64,000 nucleotides of DNA, taken from Eledone cirrhosa. Its lineage: Eukaryota. The stretch is from positions 300,266,001 through 300,330,000 of the forward strand of contig OZ024741.1 of NCBI GenBank assembly GCA_964016885.1, in the 5' to 3' direction. A program made the position numbers and the translations under genes. The notes under the pieces are model-generated. The model had not been told where the DNA came from. It searched no databases and saw only the letters and a program-made list of their open reading frames with translations. Below, piece by piece: positions 25,496-41,949 of the stretch (positions are counted from its first letter, which is position 1; each line of letters begins with the position of its first letter).

Positions 25496-26281
25496 ATGAG
25501 TCAACATCATTTGCCGTCCTTCGCAGGCGACATCAAGTTGTGGTTTGCGCAGCTGGAATGTTTCTTCGAATTGACGAGGACAAAGGAACAGCAAAAGCTG
25601 AAGGTCCTGATCAATGGCCTACCTGTTTCCTTGGCATTCTCGGTGAGGGACGTTGTGACGGATTTAGACGCCGACGTTACCTACGGCTCATTAAAAAAAG
25701 AAATCCTTCGCCGAAATACCAAGTCGGTAGAGAGCCGTTTTTGGGAGTTGTTGGACGATGCTCAAATGGGAGACAGGAAGCCGAGCTCCTATTTGCGACA
25801 TTTGCGGGAGTTGAGCGACTCTCAGGGGATTGACACCCCCTTCATAAAGCAACTTTTTTTCTCACGCCTACCACCAAGTGCGCAAAGAATATTGGTCAAT
25901 AGTTTAGAGAAGGATTCATTAGAGCAACTTGCCGCGTCCGCGGATAGGATACTTGAGGTGGACTCGAACAGCAATCAGCATAATGCTTATGTGGCTTCAG
26001 CTTGCGTCCCTCCACGCAGTTCTTCTGTGGCCGACGGCAAACTGTTGGAGTTGATTGAAGCTCTCACCAAAAAGGTAGAGGATTTGACGGTACATCAGAG
26101 AGAGCCTTCTCAACGTTTGAGGTATCGTTCGCCGCCGTCCTCTATTCATCGCCAGCACTACAACGCAGGCAACAATAATTCTTCGTTGTGTTGGTACCAT
26201 GCTAACTTCGGCAGTAGGGCGCAACGTTGTCGCACGCCCTGTGATTATAAGAGATCGGGAAACGCAAAGCAGAGCCACTAG
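25496..26281 (+). CDS. gag: Gag, 261 aa
   Basis: LPSF..LWFAQLE N-terminus, MGDRKPS, and [18 protein letters not shown] knuckle. Confidence 0.9.
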   Translation: MSQHHLPSFAGDIKLWFAQLECFFELTRTKEQQKLKVLINGLPVSLAFSVRDVVTDLDADVTYGSLKKEILRRNTKSVESRFWELLDDAQMGDRKPSSYLRHLRELSDSQGIDTPFIKQLFFSRLPPSAQRILVNSLEKDSLEQLAASADRILEVDSNSNQHNAYVASACVPPRSSSVADGKLLELIEALTKKVEDLTVHQREPSQRLRYRSPPSSIHRQHYNAGNNNSSLCWYHANFGSRAQRCRTPCDYKRSGNAKQSH

Positions 26282-26300
26282 GAGCGGCTAGTGAACTCTG
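26257..26300 (+). promoter_or_regulatory. -1 programmed ribosomal frameshift signal (gag to pol)
   Basis: G GGA AAC heptamer at 26257-26263 in gag phase, 7-nt spacer, then hairpin AGAG.CACTAG..CTAGTG..CTCT. The -1 frame is open into LVDTGA. Confidence 0.8.
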
Positions 26301-29300
26301 GGAAAACCGACCGAACCGCCATCTTTTCGTATACGACCTGCGGTCAAAAAAATTTTTCCTTGTCGATACTGGCGCGTCGCTGAGTATTTGGCCAGTCAGT
26401 TATCTCAAAAAAAGCCCAGCCGAAGCAGATATAAATCTACGAGCAGTCAACCACACGGCCATTCGAACGTATAGGCAAATTTCGCTTCCGCTTCGGTTAA
26501 AAAATTTGCGGCGTGATTTGAGGTGGAAGTTTACTGTCGCCGACTTGCCATACGCCATTTTGGGAGCGGATTTTCTCCACCATTTTTCCTTGTTGGTGGA
26601 TATTCGCAGACAACGCCTTGTTGATGCTGAAACAGGCCTTTCTTTCGAGGGTTCAGAGCCGGACGTCGCCACCGTCAGCCCTTCCTTTTTCTTGGCTGAA
26701 GTGGGCAACCAGTATCAAAGCCTGCTACATTCATTCCCTCAGTTGACGCAGGGAAAGTTAAGAATAACTAGCCCGGATCATGCGATTGAACACTTCATAT
26801 CCACTACAGGTCCACCTGTTTTCTCACGTCCTCGAAGATTGTCTACAGAGAAGTTGAAAGCTGCACGTCTTGAATTCGACCACATGCTGGAATTGGGAAT
26901 AATTCGGCGCTCCACAAGTCCTTGGGCATCGCCTCTGCAAATGGTACCTAGATCTTCTGGGGATTGGAGACCGACGGGTGACTACCGACGCTTAAACGCG
27001 ATTACTGTGCCTGACCGTTATCCAATCCCGCATTTGCAGGATTTTGCGTCGTCATTGCAGGGTTGCAGAATCTTTTCTAAGCTTGATTTGATCCGCGCTT
27101 ATAACCAAATTCCGGTTAACGAGGAGGATATCCCAAAGACTGCTATTGCCACTCCTTTCGGATCGTTCGAGTTCCTCACTATGCCTTTCGGCCTTAGAAA
27201 CGCTGCAAGTACCTTCCAACGATTTATGGATGATATTACTCGGGGCCTGGATTTTGTGTACACGTATATCGACGACGTGTTGATTGCTAGTTCTTCCCCT
27301 CAGCAGCATTCAAAGCATCTGGATCTCGTATTTCGTCGTTTACAGAGATATAATGTTCGAATTAATGCTTCCAAGTGTGTTTTCGGCTCGACTTCACTAA
27401 CATTTTTAGGCCATCTGATTGACGCCGACGGTATTCGACCTCTTCCTGAGAAGGTTAAGGCAGTATCGGATTTGCCTCCGCCAAGTTCACTGCGTCAATT
27501 GCGTCAATTCCTGGGCCTTGTAAATTTTTATAGGCGATTCGTACCTGGTTGTTCCAAATTGCTGTTCTCGTTGACAGAGATTTTTTAAGGGTTGCCGGCG
27601 TAAGAATATGGACATTTCCTTAAATGAAACGCAGCTTGATGATTTTAAAAAAGTGAAAAAGGCGTTAGCGAACGCGTCTTTGCTCGCCCACCCAGTACCC
27701 AACGCCGAGCTATCGCTCTGTGTTGATGCTTCGGATAGCGCCGTGGGCGCAGTCTTACAGCAGAAGGGTGATGGGGTACAGCAACCACTCGAGTTCTTTT
27801 CGAGGAAGTTAAAGCCTGCAGAAACTCGCTATAGCACCTTTGGAAGGGAGCTATTAGCAATTTATTTATCAGTGAAACATTTTGCTCATGTACTTGAAGG
27901 TAGTACATTCACCATTTTCACTGATCATAAACCCTTGACGTTTGCTCTTCGAACTAAGGCAGACAAATACTCGCCCAGAGAGACGAGACATCTGGACTTC
28001 ATCTCACAGTTCACGAACGACATTCAACATATTCCGGGTTCTTTGAATACAGCGGCCGATGCGCTGTCTCGCCTGCCGATCGCATCGATTTCGTCTTCCG
28101 AGGAGATAGATTTACATCGAATGGCAGCTGCCCAACCCACTCTCGAATCGTTGGATGTTACATCGCCAGAGTTTGTACATTGCAAACTGAAATACATTCC
28201 GATCTCAACTGCTGACGGACAGATACTGTGTGATGTTTCGTTGGACTCACCACGACCTCTAGTCCCAGTGGAACATCGACGAACTGCGTTTCTCGCTTTA
28301 CATGGCATTTCTCACCCAGGAGTATCAGCCTCAGTAAAACTCATAACAGCCAGATTTTTCTGGCCTGGTATGAGACGTGACATTGCTGCTTGGTGTCGTT
28401 CCTGTGTCGCTTGCCAACAAGCGAAAGTTCATAGACATGTTAAGGCTCCTCTCGGAACCTTCACCTGCCCCGATGCAAGATTTCGTCACATTCATGTGGA
28501 CATCGTCGGCCCGTGGCCAGTTAGTCGTGGTTTTTCGTATCTTTTGACGATTGTTGACCGTTTTTCGCGTTGGCCTGAAGCCGTCCCTATAACAGATATC
28601 ACCGCCGAAACCACAGCCCGTACCCTCGTATCTTCGTGGATCGCTCGTTTCGGTGTACCAACCACCATAACAACGGATCGTGGTCGTCAATTCGAGTCTA
28701 ACCTCTTCCGAGAGCTAACTCAAATCCTGGGGGCTACTCGAATAAGAACCATGGCTTACCACCCAGCCTCAAACGGAATGGTGGAAAGATTCCACAGGCA
28801 GCTCAAAGCCTCCTTAAGGGCTTCCATGGACTCTTCACGTTGGAGCGAGTACCTACCCATTGTATTGTTGGGTATTCGGTCGACGGTAAAGGTGGACCTT
28901 GGGTTCTCCTCTGCCGAATTAGTTTATGGTACGCCTCTAGCGTTACCGGGGCAAATGCTGGCCCCTTTTGACCTGACTTCGCAGGACCCCGCTTCCTACG
29001 TGTCCCGGCTTCACTCTTATTTCAAGGATCTACCACCGATGGGCACTAGGAAGCAGACTGTAAAAACTGCCGTCCCAAGGGATATTGCCTTGTAGACCCA
29101 TGTGTTCGTTAGAGACGACGCCGTGAGACCCCCTCTTCAACGGCCGTACTCTGGACCCTATCGTGTGCTTGCTCGCACAGACAAACATTTCACACTGGAC
29201 ATTCGGGCTTCCAGGGAAACGGTTTCCGTTGATCGTCTCAAACGAGCAAACCTGGACAATGACACAATGACACTTGAAACTCAAATGCCCCCCTCTTTTT

Positions 29301-29413
29301 CTTTGCCACACAGGCCTATTTCTTCCCCTCCCCCACCATCAACACACAGAACTACGACCCGTTTTTGGCGAAGGGTGCATTGGCCCCGTAAGCTATGCAG
29401 TAATATAAACTGA
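26257..29413 (+). pseudogene. pol: Pol (protease, RT, RNase H, integrase) with two lesions
   Basis: LVDTGAS, YIDD, VDAS, HHCC, DDE and GPY motifs. One extra T in the T6 run at 27581-27586 and a TAG at 29093-29095. Confidence 0.92.
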
Positions 29414-29891
29414 ATTATATATATATATTTTTTTTTTTTGTTTTGTTTTGTTATTTTTTTCCTTCCAATTGTTTTTGTTGTACATTGCATTTTGTTACTT
29501 ATGGGTTCTTGACTGCCTACGGCAGTGTCAATATATTATATTTTGCGTAACATTACGACTGTTGTCAATTCTGACACAGTCCCTTTTTTTTTAGTGCATT
29601 TTTATAACTATGCTACATATGGCATTTTCATTGCCTAGCAAAACATTTTTTTTCTTGTTTATCGCATCTGGGGCCCCTTTATTGCGAAGAGTGTTATCTT
29701 TTCATGCATTTTGCATCTTTTACTGTACGTTTTTTTTTGTTTTTTTTTTTTCTGTGTTAATGCTTGCAGGCATGAACCTATTTATTATTTTTTTTTAATT
29801 TTTAATTTGTTGATACATTCTTCAACATTTTGTAAACTACCTTCGCTTCATTGTTAACGATTTTGCGACAAAAAATCTGCTCCGAGGTGAA

Positions 29892-30139
29892 TGTAGTGGC
29901 TGAGATGGTCGCTTGGTAGCTAGCAGTTGCCTCCCCTTAACAACCCTTCAGGTAAGGGAGGCAAAAATACATCCGGACACAGCCACAGGTTCACACACTC
30001 TTTTTGGACCACGGACATGAACAGACGTGGAAAGATCCGCTCCTCAAAATATTGACGTTGTAGGAAATTTACTAAATTATTGCATTAAATAAAATGATTG
30101 TTAGACTTGATTGTGCATTTATTTATTCGACAAAGAGAA
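29892..30139 (+). repeat. 3' LTR (possibly truncated)
   Basis: Matches 24791-25038. No clear target-site duplication. Confidence 0.88.
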
Positions 30140-30879
30140 ACATCACTTTTCTTTAATATTATCTAAAAACTTAGAACGGCGCAGAAATTAATTGATTTGG
30201 TTTTAAAAATATATCACACATCTTAAGTGAAGGATACGCCAAGTCTTTGGAAGTTCAGTTGAATGTTCGTACGTATAACTCAAACAGCCACCATTATAAC
30301 AGACAATTATATATAGTCTGTTAAGCAAATGCGATTCACTGTCCAAGGATCCCGGAATATTTCCCCGCATACATTTTAATTCGATTAGCAAGTAGTTACG
30401 CTAATAAAACAAAATGCATAATCAATGGGTAATATATTGTTATATTATCATAGATAAACAACTTAAACATTAGTAACCATAGAATTCAATATCTATTATA
30501 CACTATTTACCTCAGCGGATTGATAAATACATGTCCTCTTTTGTTAAATATTTCAGTTCATTTACTTTCTTACGTCTTTCCCATTATTCATGCATTATTT
30601 ATTTCCCAAGGTATATTCTTAACATTCGGATTGATCGTTGTCGCATATAGGTTTATTTATTCTATAATCTCTTGTGGATTACCTGTACTTAACCTTGATT
30701 TATTGTGTTTCTTGAAACACATATAATGTCAGTGCATAAAGAATAATAGGTTTTCTTTGAAACACACGTGCACACACGTGCACAAAAATAGAAAGATAGC
30801 CACCTATACACACATACACACACGCACACGCACACGCATACGCGCACACACACACACACAACACACATACACACACGCC

Positions 30880-30922
<43 letters not shown>

Positions 30923-30999
30923 GCACATATTTCCATATAATCAACAGAGAGAAGTACACGCACCATAATAATTTTCACTTCATCTTTATTGCTTGTTAT

Positions 31000-32050
31000 T
31001 GATTTGTGTATCAAAGTTCTTTCTTCAAACATTCTGTGACCTCCCCAATTCTTATCAGTTTTGTGCCTGCTCTTTTTTCTGGTCTTAAACTTCTACTATA
31101 TCTCGTCTCTGTATGTTTCATGGCGCATTATTTTTGTTGTGTATCTGTGAATGCATTTACATCTGCGTCGGTGTGTGTGTCCACGTGTTTTTGTCTTTGC
31201 TATGTCTACGGGCGTTTTATATGTTTGTTGGTTTGTATCGTTTGCTCTTTTATAGTTTGTAACTTTTTTTTTGTTTGTGTTTTTATTCTGTCTTCAGTCA
31301 TTTTCTGTTCTGGCCAGGACTATTTTCTATTATGGGTATGGCCTATACAATTTATCTTTTGCGTCTGTTCTATGTGTGGATAGGATCTTAAATTCTATGT
31401 CATCTATTGAACCCTCGTATTTTAGTTTGACATGCGGGTATAACACTGATGAGATTGTCTCACATTTAAGTTCTCGCCAATGGTCCTTGAATCTCTCTCC
31501 TACACTACGGGCTGTCTCTCTTATGTATGTCGTTGTCTTGGTTTTGTATCTTTCGTCTGTACACATTATACTACATATACTACATTTCTATTTTTGCATT
31601 TTATTTGGGAAATTATCTTACAGACTATCCAGTTTCTATCAGAACAGGGGTCTTTCTACTACTTTATTCCTAGGGTTCATTTTTTCTAAAGCACTTCTAA
31701 AATGATACGCTAGTTTTCCCCCATGACGAACATGACACTCTGGTATTTCTAACTGCCATATCATGAGTTGGCCTTCCTTGTATTTTTCTTGGTCCTTTCT
31801 ATGCTATTCCATGATTTGCTCCTGTATAGTGGACAAATCTCATTTATATCTTTCTCCATAATGATTTTGAATTTAGCCATGGTTTCTTTGCACATCCTGA
31901 TTCTGTCTCTTTGGTTAGAACCAGAGACATGCAAGCGGTGAATAAAATACAGTCTGTGTCTATTTAAATCTTTTGGATCGCACATGCAGGACACATTTCC
32001 CATCACCCTTACCAGGTCCGCTATCACGATATTGAACTGAGGACTATTTG
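31000..32050 (-). pseudogene. Decayed Penelope-like element (RT thumb region plus GIY-YIG)
   Basis: FIHRLHVSG..PLYRSKSWNSIER and TYIRETARSVGERFKDH. The flank TCAAAGTTCTTTC..CATTCTGTGACCTC is shared with 54182-54215. Confidence 0.7.
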
Positions 32051-33225
32051 GGATAGCTGCAAAATTTGGGTTTTATCAATCTTAGTTTGCTTCCAGATTA
32101 TCATTGAAGAGGTCACAGAATGTCACAAAATATTTCTCCCATATACAGCAAACTTACATTGATTTTCACGCAAATACTTTATTTTGGGAACTCATTTCCA
32201 ATGATTATTGAGAATCGCATACTGCTCTGATGTGGTCCACTAAGACCGAAATATCTATTAAACTGTCATTCAGTCTTCTAACAGTGTTCAAAATTTGTTC
32301 CTTATAGGTGGAAATAAAATTGATTTTAAAGCAGATAATCTATTTCTGGAACTGATTTCCTATGCTCAATGCGAGTCAGTGAATATGCATTTTTCTCTGT
32401 GTACTTAAATTACGAATTTCAGTTCATTAAGGATATTTTGTGCTCATCATTTAATACTTCTTCAAATTCGTAAACATTTAAAGGCATTCCTTTAGGCCAG
32501 TTTAGTAATGTGTGTGTCTCTATGAATGTGGATCAGCGTGCTTGGTTTTAATATTCAAACTGAACACTCATAAACAATTATATTGTAAATAATAACTTAA
32601 ATGCGTGGGAGTTATTAAAGGAAATGTATACGCTGCTACCAAACATAGAACTCCAAATTATATGCGATGAGATACATTAATGCCATGAATATGTTTTGTG
32701 GCAGATACACAAGTAGATCATTACTGTCTAAAAACAATGTTAAATTTCTCCTAATTAATAACGTCTGCCAATAATTGTTTCTGTTTTTAATAAAAGAAAG
32801 GAATATTATATTTCAAATAATCAAGCGGAAAAAATATAAATTATAATACTTTTATGTCTAATTATAAAACTTCATGTCTCCTATAACAAATCTCTTAGTA
32901 AATATCATGAAATATTGTTTATTATTTGACAACGAATGATTATCAGTTGGAAGGCAGACATGAAATTAAATGGAGTGGTATTGCAGCCTGGTAGTGCGAT
33001 ATCAAAATAGAATAGAAAATCAACATATCGACTCTGTACTTTACATTTATGTTTAAGTTTATTGGTGGACTTACCGAAGAAATACGTTTATCTACATCAT
33101 CCTCTATCTATATCGGATAATTTGAAACTTTCTTCGGTATATAAATGCATATATATATATATATATTTCAGTTTAGTTGTCATTTTGCAAAAAAAAAACA
33201 CAGTAGTGTTGAATATATATTTTTT

Positions 33226-34245
<1,020 letters not shown>

Positions 34246-34339
34246 TACCTGGAGTTGCGACCGATAGATAGTATTAGCAATTGGAAAGACCAACGGAAAC
34301 ATTGTTCCCTCGGTCCGATTTGACGAAAGTCGATCGACT

Positions 34340-34386
<47 letters not shown>

Positions 34387-34434
34387 ATATATATATATAT
34401 ATAATATTATATAATCCAGGAAAATTTCTGCCGA

Positions 34435-34731
34435 CTGCTTTTAATCTATGGTAAAATTGTATTCGTTGAATAATCAACGAACCATATTAATCTTTGGTCA
34501 TACTTTGCTCCCCAAAGGTAGAGCGCTTTTTCTACAATAGATTCTAAATATATTAATATTTTGAATAATATTAAATACTACAGGAAAATGTTTTGTCGAG
34601 TGCTTCTAATCTACTGTGAAATTGTATTCGTTGAATAATTAATGAATCATATTAATCTTTGTTCATACTTTGCTCCCCGAAGGTAGAGCGCTTCTTCTAC
34701 AATAGATTCTAAATAAATTAATATTTTGAAT
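34435..34731. repeat. Local tandem duplication, about 165-bp period
   Basis: AAATTGTATTCGTTGAATAAT..CATACTTTGCTCCCC.AAGGTAGAGCGC..CTACAATAGATTCTAAA occurs twice. Confidence 0.85.
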
Positions 34732-34784
34732 TATATATATATATATATATATATACATACACACACACACATATATATATATTT

Positions 34785-35010
34785 ATTTATTAAAATAACA
34801 GATTTAAAGTTTAAGCAACTAATCGCTGCTTGCTCCCTTAACGGGCCTTTCTGAAGATCCCGTAAGGGTGAAAGAAGTAATTCTTTGCTTAAATTAAATC
34901 TGTTATTTCAATAAATATTTCCTCTATGGTTCTTATATATTTGATATATATTTATCCATATCGATCCCTCTTTGGATTTTATTCTTCACCTTTATTATTA
35001 ATACTATATA
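34785..35010 (+). mobile_element. Fold-back pLTR-like fragment with a hammerhead core
   Basis: Imperfect inverted arms 34790-34848 and 34858-34915. CTGAAGA-T-CCC-GTAA-GGG-T-GAAA at 34851-34873. Related copy at 20774-20830. Confidence 0.6.
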
Positions 35011-35223
35011 TAGATATATACATATATGAAGAATTTGAGGCCTCGACCGCTGAAGTCCGGCCCTTTCAACAGCCAGAATTGAACTGAATCGCCGGCGATT
35101 CAGTTGAGATCTAGGTGTCGAAACGGCCGGAGCTCAGCCGACGGGGTCCCGAATTTTTCATGTTACCCACTCTAATACCCCAAGAATCGAGTACTCTGGA
35201 TAGTAATAGTCTAACTGGTTTAT

Positions 35224-35317
<94 letters not shown>

Positions 35318-35327
35318 TGTAATAATA

Positions 35328-35815
35328 CTATGCAAGAAAGGCGGTTTCAGTTGTACATCCTTATTTATTTTTCATACGTATTTCAAAGACGTAAGGCAGT
35401 TGTATAACAACTGACCAACGTGCTCTCTTCAGAGAAAAATCCAAACCAGATCTAAATATCCATTGATATGTTTCCGCTTATAAGTTTTATTCACTTCGTC
35501 GACCAGTGAACATAGCGAAATGAATAACGCGTATGAATGGAAACATATCAATGGATATGTAATTCTGGTTTGGATTTTTGCTTGAAGAGAAGACGCACTG
35601 CAGTTTTTATACAACTGCTGTCTTTGAAATACGTATAACAAAATAAATAGGGATGTACAAATGAAACCGTGTTTCTTGTTTATGATTAACTCCGGAAGAA
35701 CAAAAATGGTGGAGTGCTTTACATCTGTTGAGAAAAAGTCGGCAGATTTTTAATCAACCAGCTTTCTTCAATTGAATATAAATATGTATGTATACAAGTT
35801 GTCCCCAACAATCTC
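35328..35815. mobile_element. Diverged fold-back pLTR-like element with a hammerhead motif in each arm
   Basis: Arms about 35328-35497 and 35512-35688. Each has (C/T)TGAAGA..GTCTTT-GAAA-TACGTA-T. Confidence 0.65.
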
Positions 35816-35870
35816 TCTCTATATATATATATATTGGGGACACCCTGTACATATATGTAGCGGGTGTGGA

Positions 35871-35911
<41 letters not shown>

Positions 35912-36167
35912 ACCAGTAAGACCCCGATGGCTGAGCTCAAGCCGTTTCGACGGCTAATTCTGGATTACCCACTCTACTACCCTAAGTATTGAGTACTTTG
36001 GTGCGTTATGGTCCATCTGGTTCCTTACCACATTACCCTCGTTATATATATATATATATATATGCTCGGATTTATTGCTTGTAATCTTTGAGCTTATTCC
36101 ATAGGTGATATGGCGCATCCTTGTGATATTTTCAGACATGGCCTCTTTAATTTAATTTTGTTTATAC

Positions 36168-36268
<101 letters not shown>

Positions 36269-36329
36269 ATAAGGGTTTACGGAACCAGCATATTGTGCGC
36301 TGACATGGCATCTTTAATTTAATTTTGGT

Positions 36330-36447
<118 letters not shown>

Positions 36448-36449
36448 TG

Positions 36450-36483
<34 letters not shown>

Positions 36484-36632
36484 TGGATTTAAATGGATAC
36501 AGTTCAGTAGTGGGAATTTATTGACACGTGTTTCAATAACAGTTATATAACCTGAAAACGGCTGCTATCTACAAAGTATTAATTATGCAGACACTCAATA
36601 TTTCAATGCTATTTTCAACTATCATTTCATCA

Positions 36633-36681
<49 letters not shown>

Positions 36682-37084
36682 ACCAAAATTAAATTAAAGA
36701 TTCCATGTCTGAAAATATCAGAAGCATGCGCCATGTCACCTATGGAATAAGCTCGAAGATTACAAAAAATAAATCCGAGCATTTATTAATATAAAATTAA
36801 AAGTCGAATGACACACACACACACATATATATATACATATATATATAATAAACAAATGTAATTGTTTGATATGTTTATTATATATATATCAATCGACTTT
36901 AATTTTATGTTTAAATGCATATATACATATATATATATATGTAGAGAGAGAGAGAGAGGGGGAGACGGAGAGTGAGAGAGAGATGTTAAAAACAAAAAAC
37001 AAAAACAATAAACAATAACTAAGATTGTATTACAAACAGTATAATTATTTACTTCACACATATATATAAAGAGAGAGAGAGAGA

Positions 37085-37123
<39 letters not shown>

Positions 37124-37332
37124 TGAGAGAGAGAGAGATGTGTGTGTATGTCTGTCTGTCTGCGTCTGTGTTATTGTGTCTGTGTAAATGTTTATATACA
37201 TGAGTAAATGCTATACTTTGGAAGAGACAACACAAGACATATCGATGCAAATATGGATGAATGTAAATGAGAGATTGCAAAGCTTCAAAACAATAGTTTG
37301 TTTAAACATGAGGTAATATATATATAAATAAT

Positions 37333-37492
37333 TGTTTCTACTTTTGGCACAAGGCCATCAAAAACCCAGTACATTACTGGTACTTCATTTTATCAACCCC
37401 GTAAGAATGAAAGGCAAAGTTAACCTCGGCGGGATTTGAACTCAGACCATAAAGAGACGTAACTATTCTGGAAAGCATGGCGTCCGACCCTC
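37333..37492 (-). mobile_element. SINE family A with TSD TATATAAATAAT
   Basis: The TSD is at 37321-37332 and 37493-37504. Confidence 0.85.
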
Positions 37493-37786
37493 TATATAAA
37501 TAATATTATCATACACAAAATACCAACACCATCAGTTTTGCAAGAGATGTCAACATGAATGGACCTGTAATTTTTATCTAAAGACATGTTTTCCAATTCC
37601 AACACGCCCGCCCCCTCAAATAATCTTATTTCTCATTCCTTTTTCTGATTGATGTAGGACTAGCATCCAAAACGTTAAGACCCTCTTTCTGCTCCATCAA
37701 GAGTTAACCTAATATATCCCTTCCATGTACTGTAACGAATGCGTTGTTATTTCTGGTTACCTTTTGCATATATATATATATATATA

Positions 37787-39725
<1,939 letters not shown>

Positions 39726-40099
39726 ATATATATATATATATAAAACAAGAGTAAGATGGTTGGCTGTACAATATGTGTTTTATTTAAAGTACTGACAATT
39801 ATTTCGTTGATCAGGTGTGTCTAGATTTCGCTAATCTCTTAAGGTTGCGTCAATCCATCTCCAATACATTGTTTACCACTGGGCAACACATCAGATCACG
39901 TAGATATGAAAATAGTTCACTCGAGGCAAGACTTATATAGACAAGTAGCGTAACACCAAAACAATAACATCAATAATAAAATAGCGTATATTTAAAACAA
40001 TAACATCAATAGTAAAACATGTATGGTAAATAGATAGAGAAGTTACATATGTAAAAAAGTAAAAAAGTAAAATATAAGATAGGGTACATTAAAAAATAA

Positions 40100-40409
40100 T
40101 AATAATTGTTTCTACTTTTGGCACAAGGCCAGCATTTATCCAGTACATTACTGGTACTTTATTTTATCGACCCCGTAAGGATGAAAGGCAAAGTTGACCT
40201 CGGCGGGATTTGAACTCAGAATGGAAAGGGCCGTTACTCTATGCGTCAAAGCAGGACGTCCGACCGTCTACCGATACTGCCAAACCACCATTAAAAATTA
40301 TAATTGTTTCTACTTTTGGCACAAGGCCAGCAATTATCCAATGCATTACTGTTACTTTATTCTATCGACCCCGGAAGGATGAAACGCAAAGTTAACCTCG
40401 GCGGGATTG
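40100..40409 (-). mobile_element. Two tandem SINE family A copies (full-length copy inserted at the tail of a truncated one)
   Basis: Copies at 40100-40288 and 40299-40409. CATTAAAAA is repeated at 40087 and 40289. Confidence 0.85.
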
Positions 40410-40699
40410 GAGGATCCGATAAAAGAAAAGACAATAAATTAGAGATTAATTGCTGTATTCTATTTATGGGCTGACAGGGCGTCTGCTAACGTTTGTTGTG
40501 GATGTTTTGTTGGTTGTTCTATCTTAATGAGGTTGATGGAGAGAGGGCGGAAGAAGTGTACAGAGATTTATGGTCCAGTGATCAGTTGGCAGTTTGATAG
40601 CTAATAGTGGTGCTATAGTGTGTATTATATATGTTAAAATATAGGTGGTTCAGTACTAATTATGGGATTGCTGGTTCAAATGATGGTGGTTTGAAGTTC

Positions 40700-41435
40700 G
40701 TAAATCTAGTAGCTATTTTATGCCTACAGAAAATGGATCTTTCTATTTTTCTGTTAAGCAGCATCCTATCGTGCCTTAAAATATGTAGCAGTTCAAATTA
40801 TAGAGCCCGCAGTGGGACATACCGTTGCTGTAATCTTATATTCTAGGCTTTTGTCCTTAGCCTGCCAGATTTTATTGGCGAGCGTTGTAGAGTTCTCCAG
40901 TGCGCGGTTCCCCATGGTGTGTCTGTGGACGTACCACATTTTCTTAAACTCCCCAGCTGTGAAACCTATGTACTGCCAAGTAGAGTTGCTTGAATTCACA
41001 GTACACAGGTATACCATGCTCGAATCCAGGCATCTATTTTGTAGTGGGCACTTATCTGGTAGATGGCAATTACAAATTGAGGTTATATTTTGTGCAGGTT
41101 CATCGTTGTGTTTTAGTAAGTTGTTGGAGGGTTGTGATTCAGGCCTATTAATGTTTTGTTATGATGCGTTCTGATGCATTTGTGGTTGTGATGTTGTTAT
41201 GTGTTTGTGTTTTGTATTTGGTGCTATGGTGCGCGTTGGTAGGTTAATTTTCTTAGAGATATGTTTGTGGTTGATCTTACGTATGTGCGATTCTATGTTG
41301 GCTGCAGTAGAGTATAAAAGTTTAATAGTTTTTCTATTGAAGATGTTATGGTACTTGTGTAGTGTAGGGGAGTGTTTATCTATTAGTTTAAAGAATGTAG
41401 AAGGTAGTTTGGTGTGTATAGAGGAGTTGAATATC
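40700..41435 (-). pseudogene. Decayed Penelope-like element (3' RT region plus GIY-YIG), CxCx5C linker
   Basis: FFKLIDKH..YHNIFNRKTIKLLYST, CNCHLPDKCPLQNRCL, MVYLCTV..QYIGFT and STTLANKIW. Confidence 0.85.
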
Positions 41436-41442
41436 GTATATC

Positions 41443-41516
<74 letters not shown>

Positions 41517-41949
41517 AATACGCATGTTAAAGTTTCAGATATATATAAAATTCACAGACTTATATTATATATTTTCGCCTGTTTCACATTCCAGCAGGGA
41601 CAGGGTGGAGGAAGAACTGTATCTAGAAACGTTTCTGTAGATATGCAGGAAAAATGCATTGTGTGATTAGTGCAAATATATTGTCTATCTCATTGACATG
41701 TTGTTAGAAAATTCTATAGGAAAAAGTTGTTTAACGTTAAACGGTCTCTGTCTGTAGTTTCGCACAGATTTCCCTTTATAGAGAATAACGTATAACAAAC
41801 ACTACCGTTTATTTTGCGATTCTCTGGTGCGTGCTATGTCGATGTATATTTGAGACTCGGCTAACTGAAACATGCTTAATTATACCTTATGGGAACATGT
41901 CATTGTTAAAATGTTTCACAAAAATAACTGTAAAATTGATATCTCATGA

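Larger units (their letters stand above)
24791..30139 (+). mobile_element. Gypsy LTR retrotransposon (Mag-like), recent and nearly intact
   Basis: Direct repeats at both ends, gag, and pol in PR-RT-RH-IN order. Confidence 0.95.
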
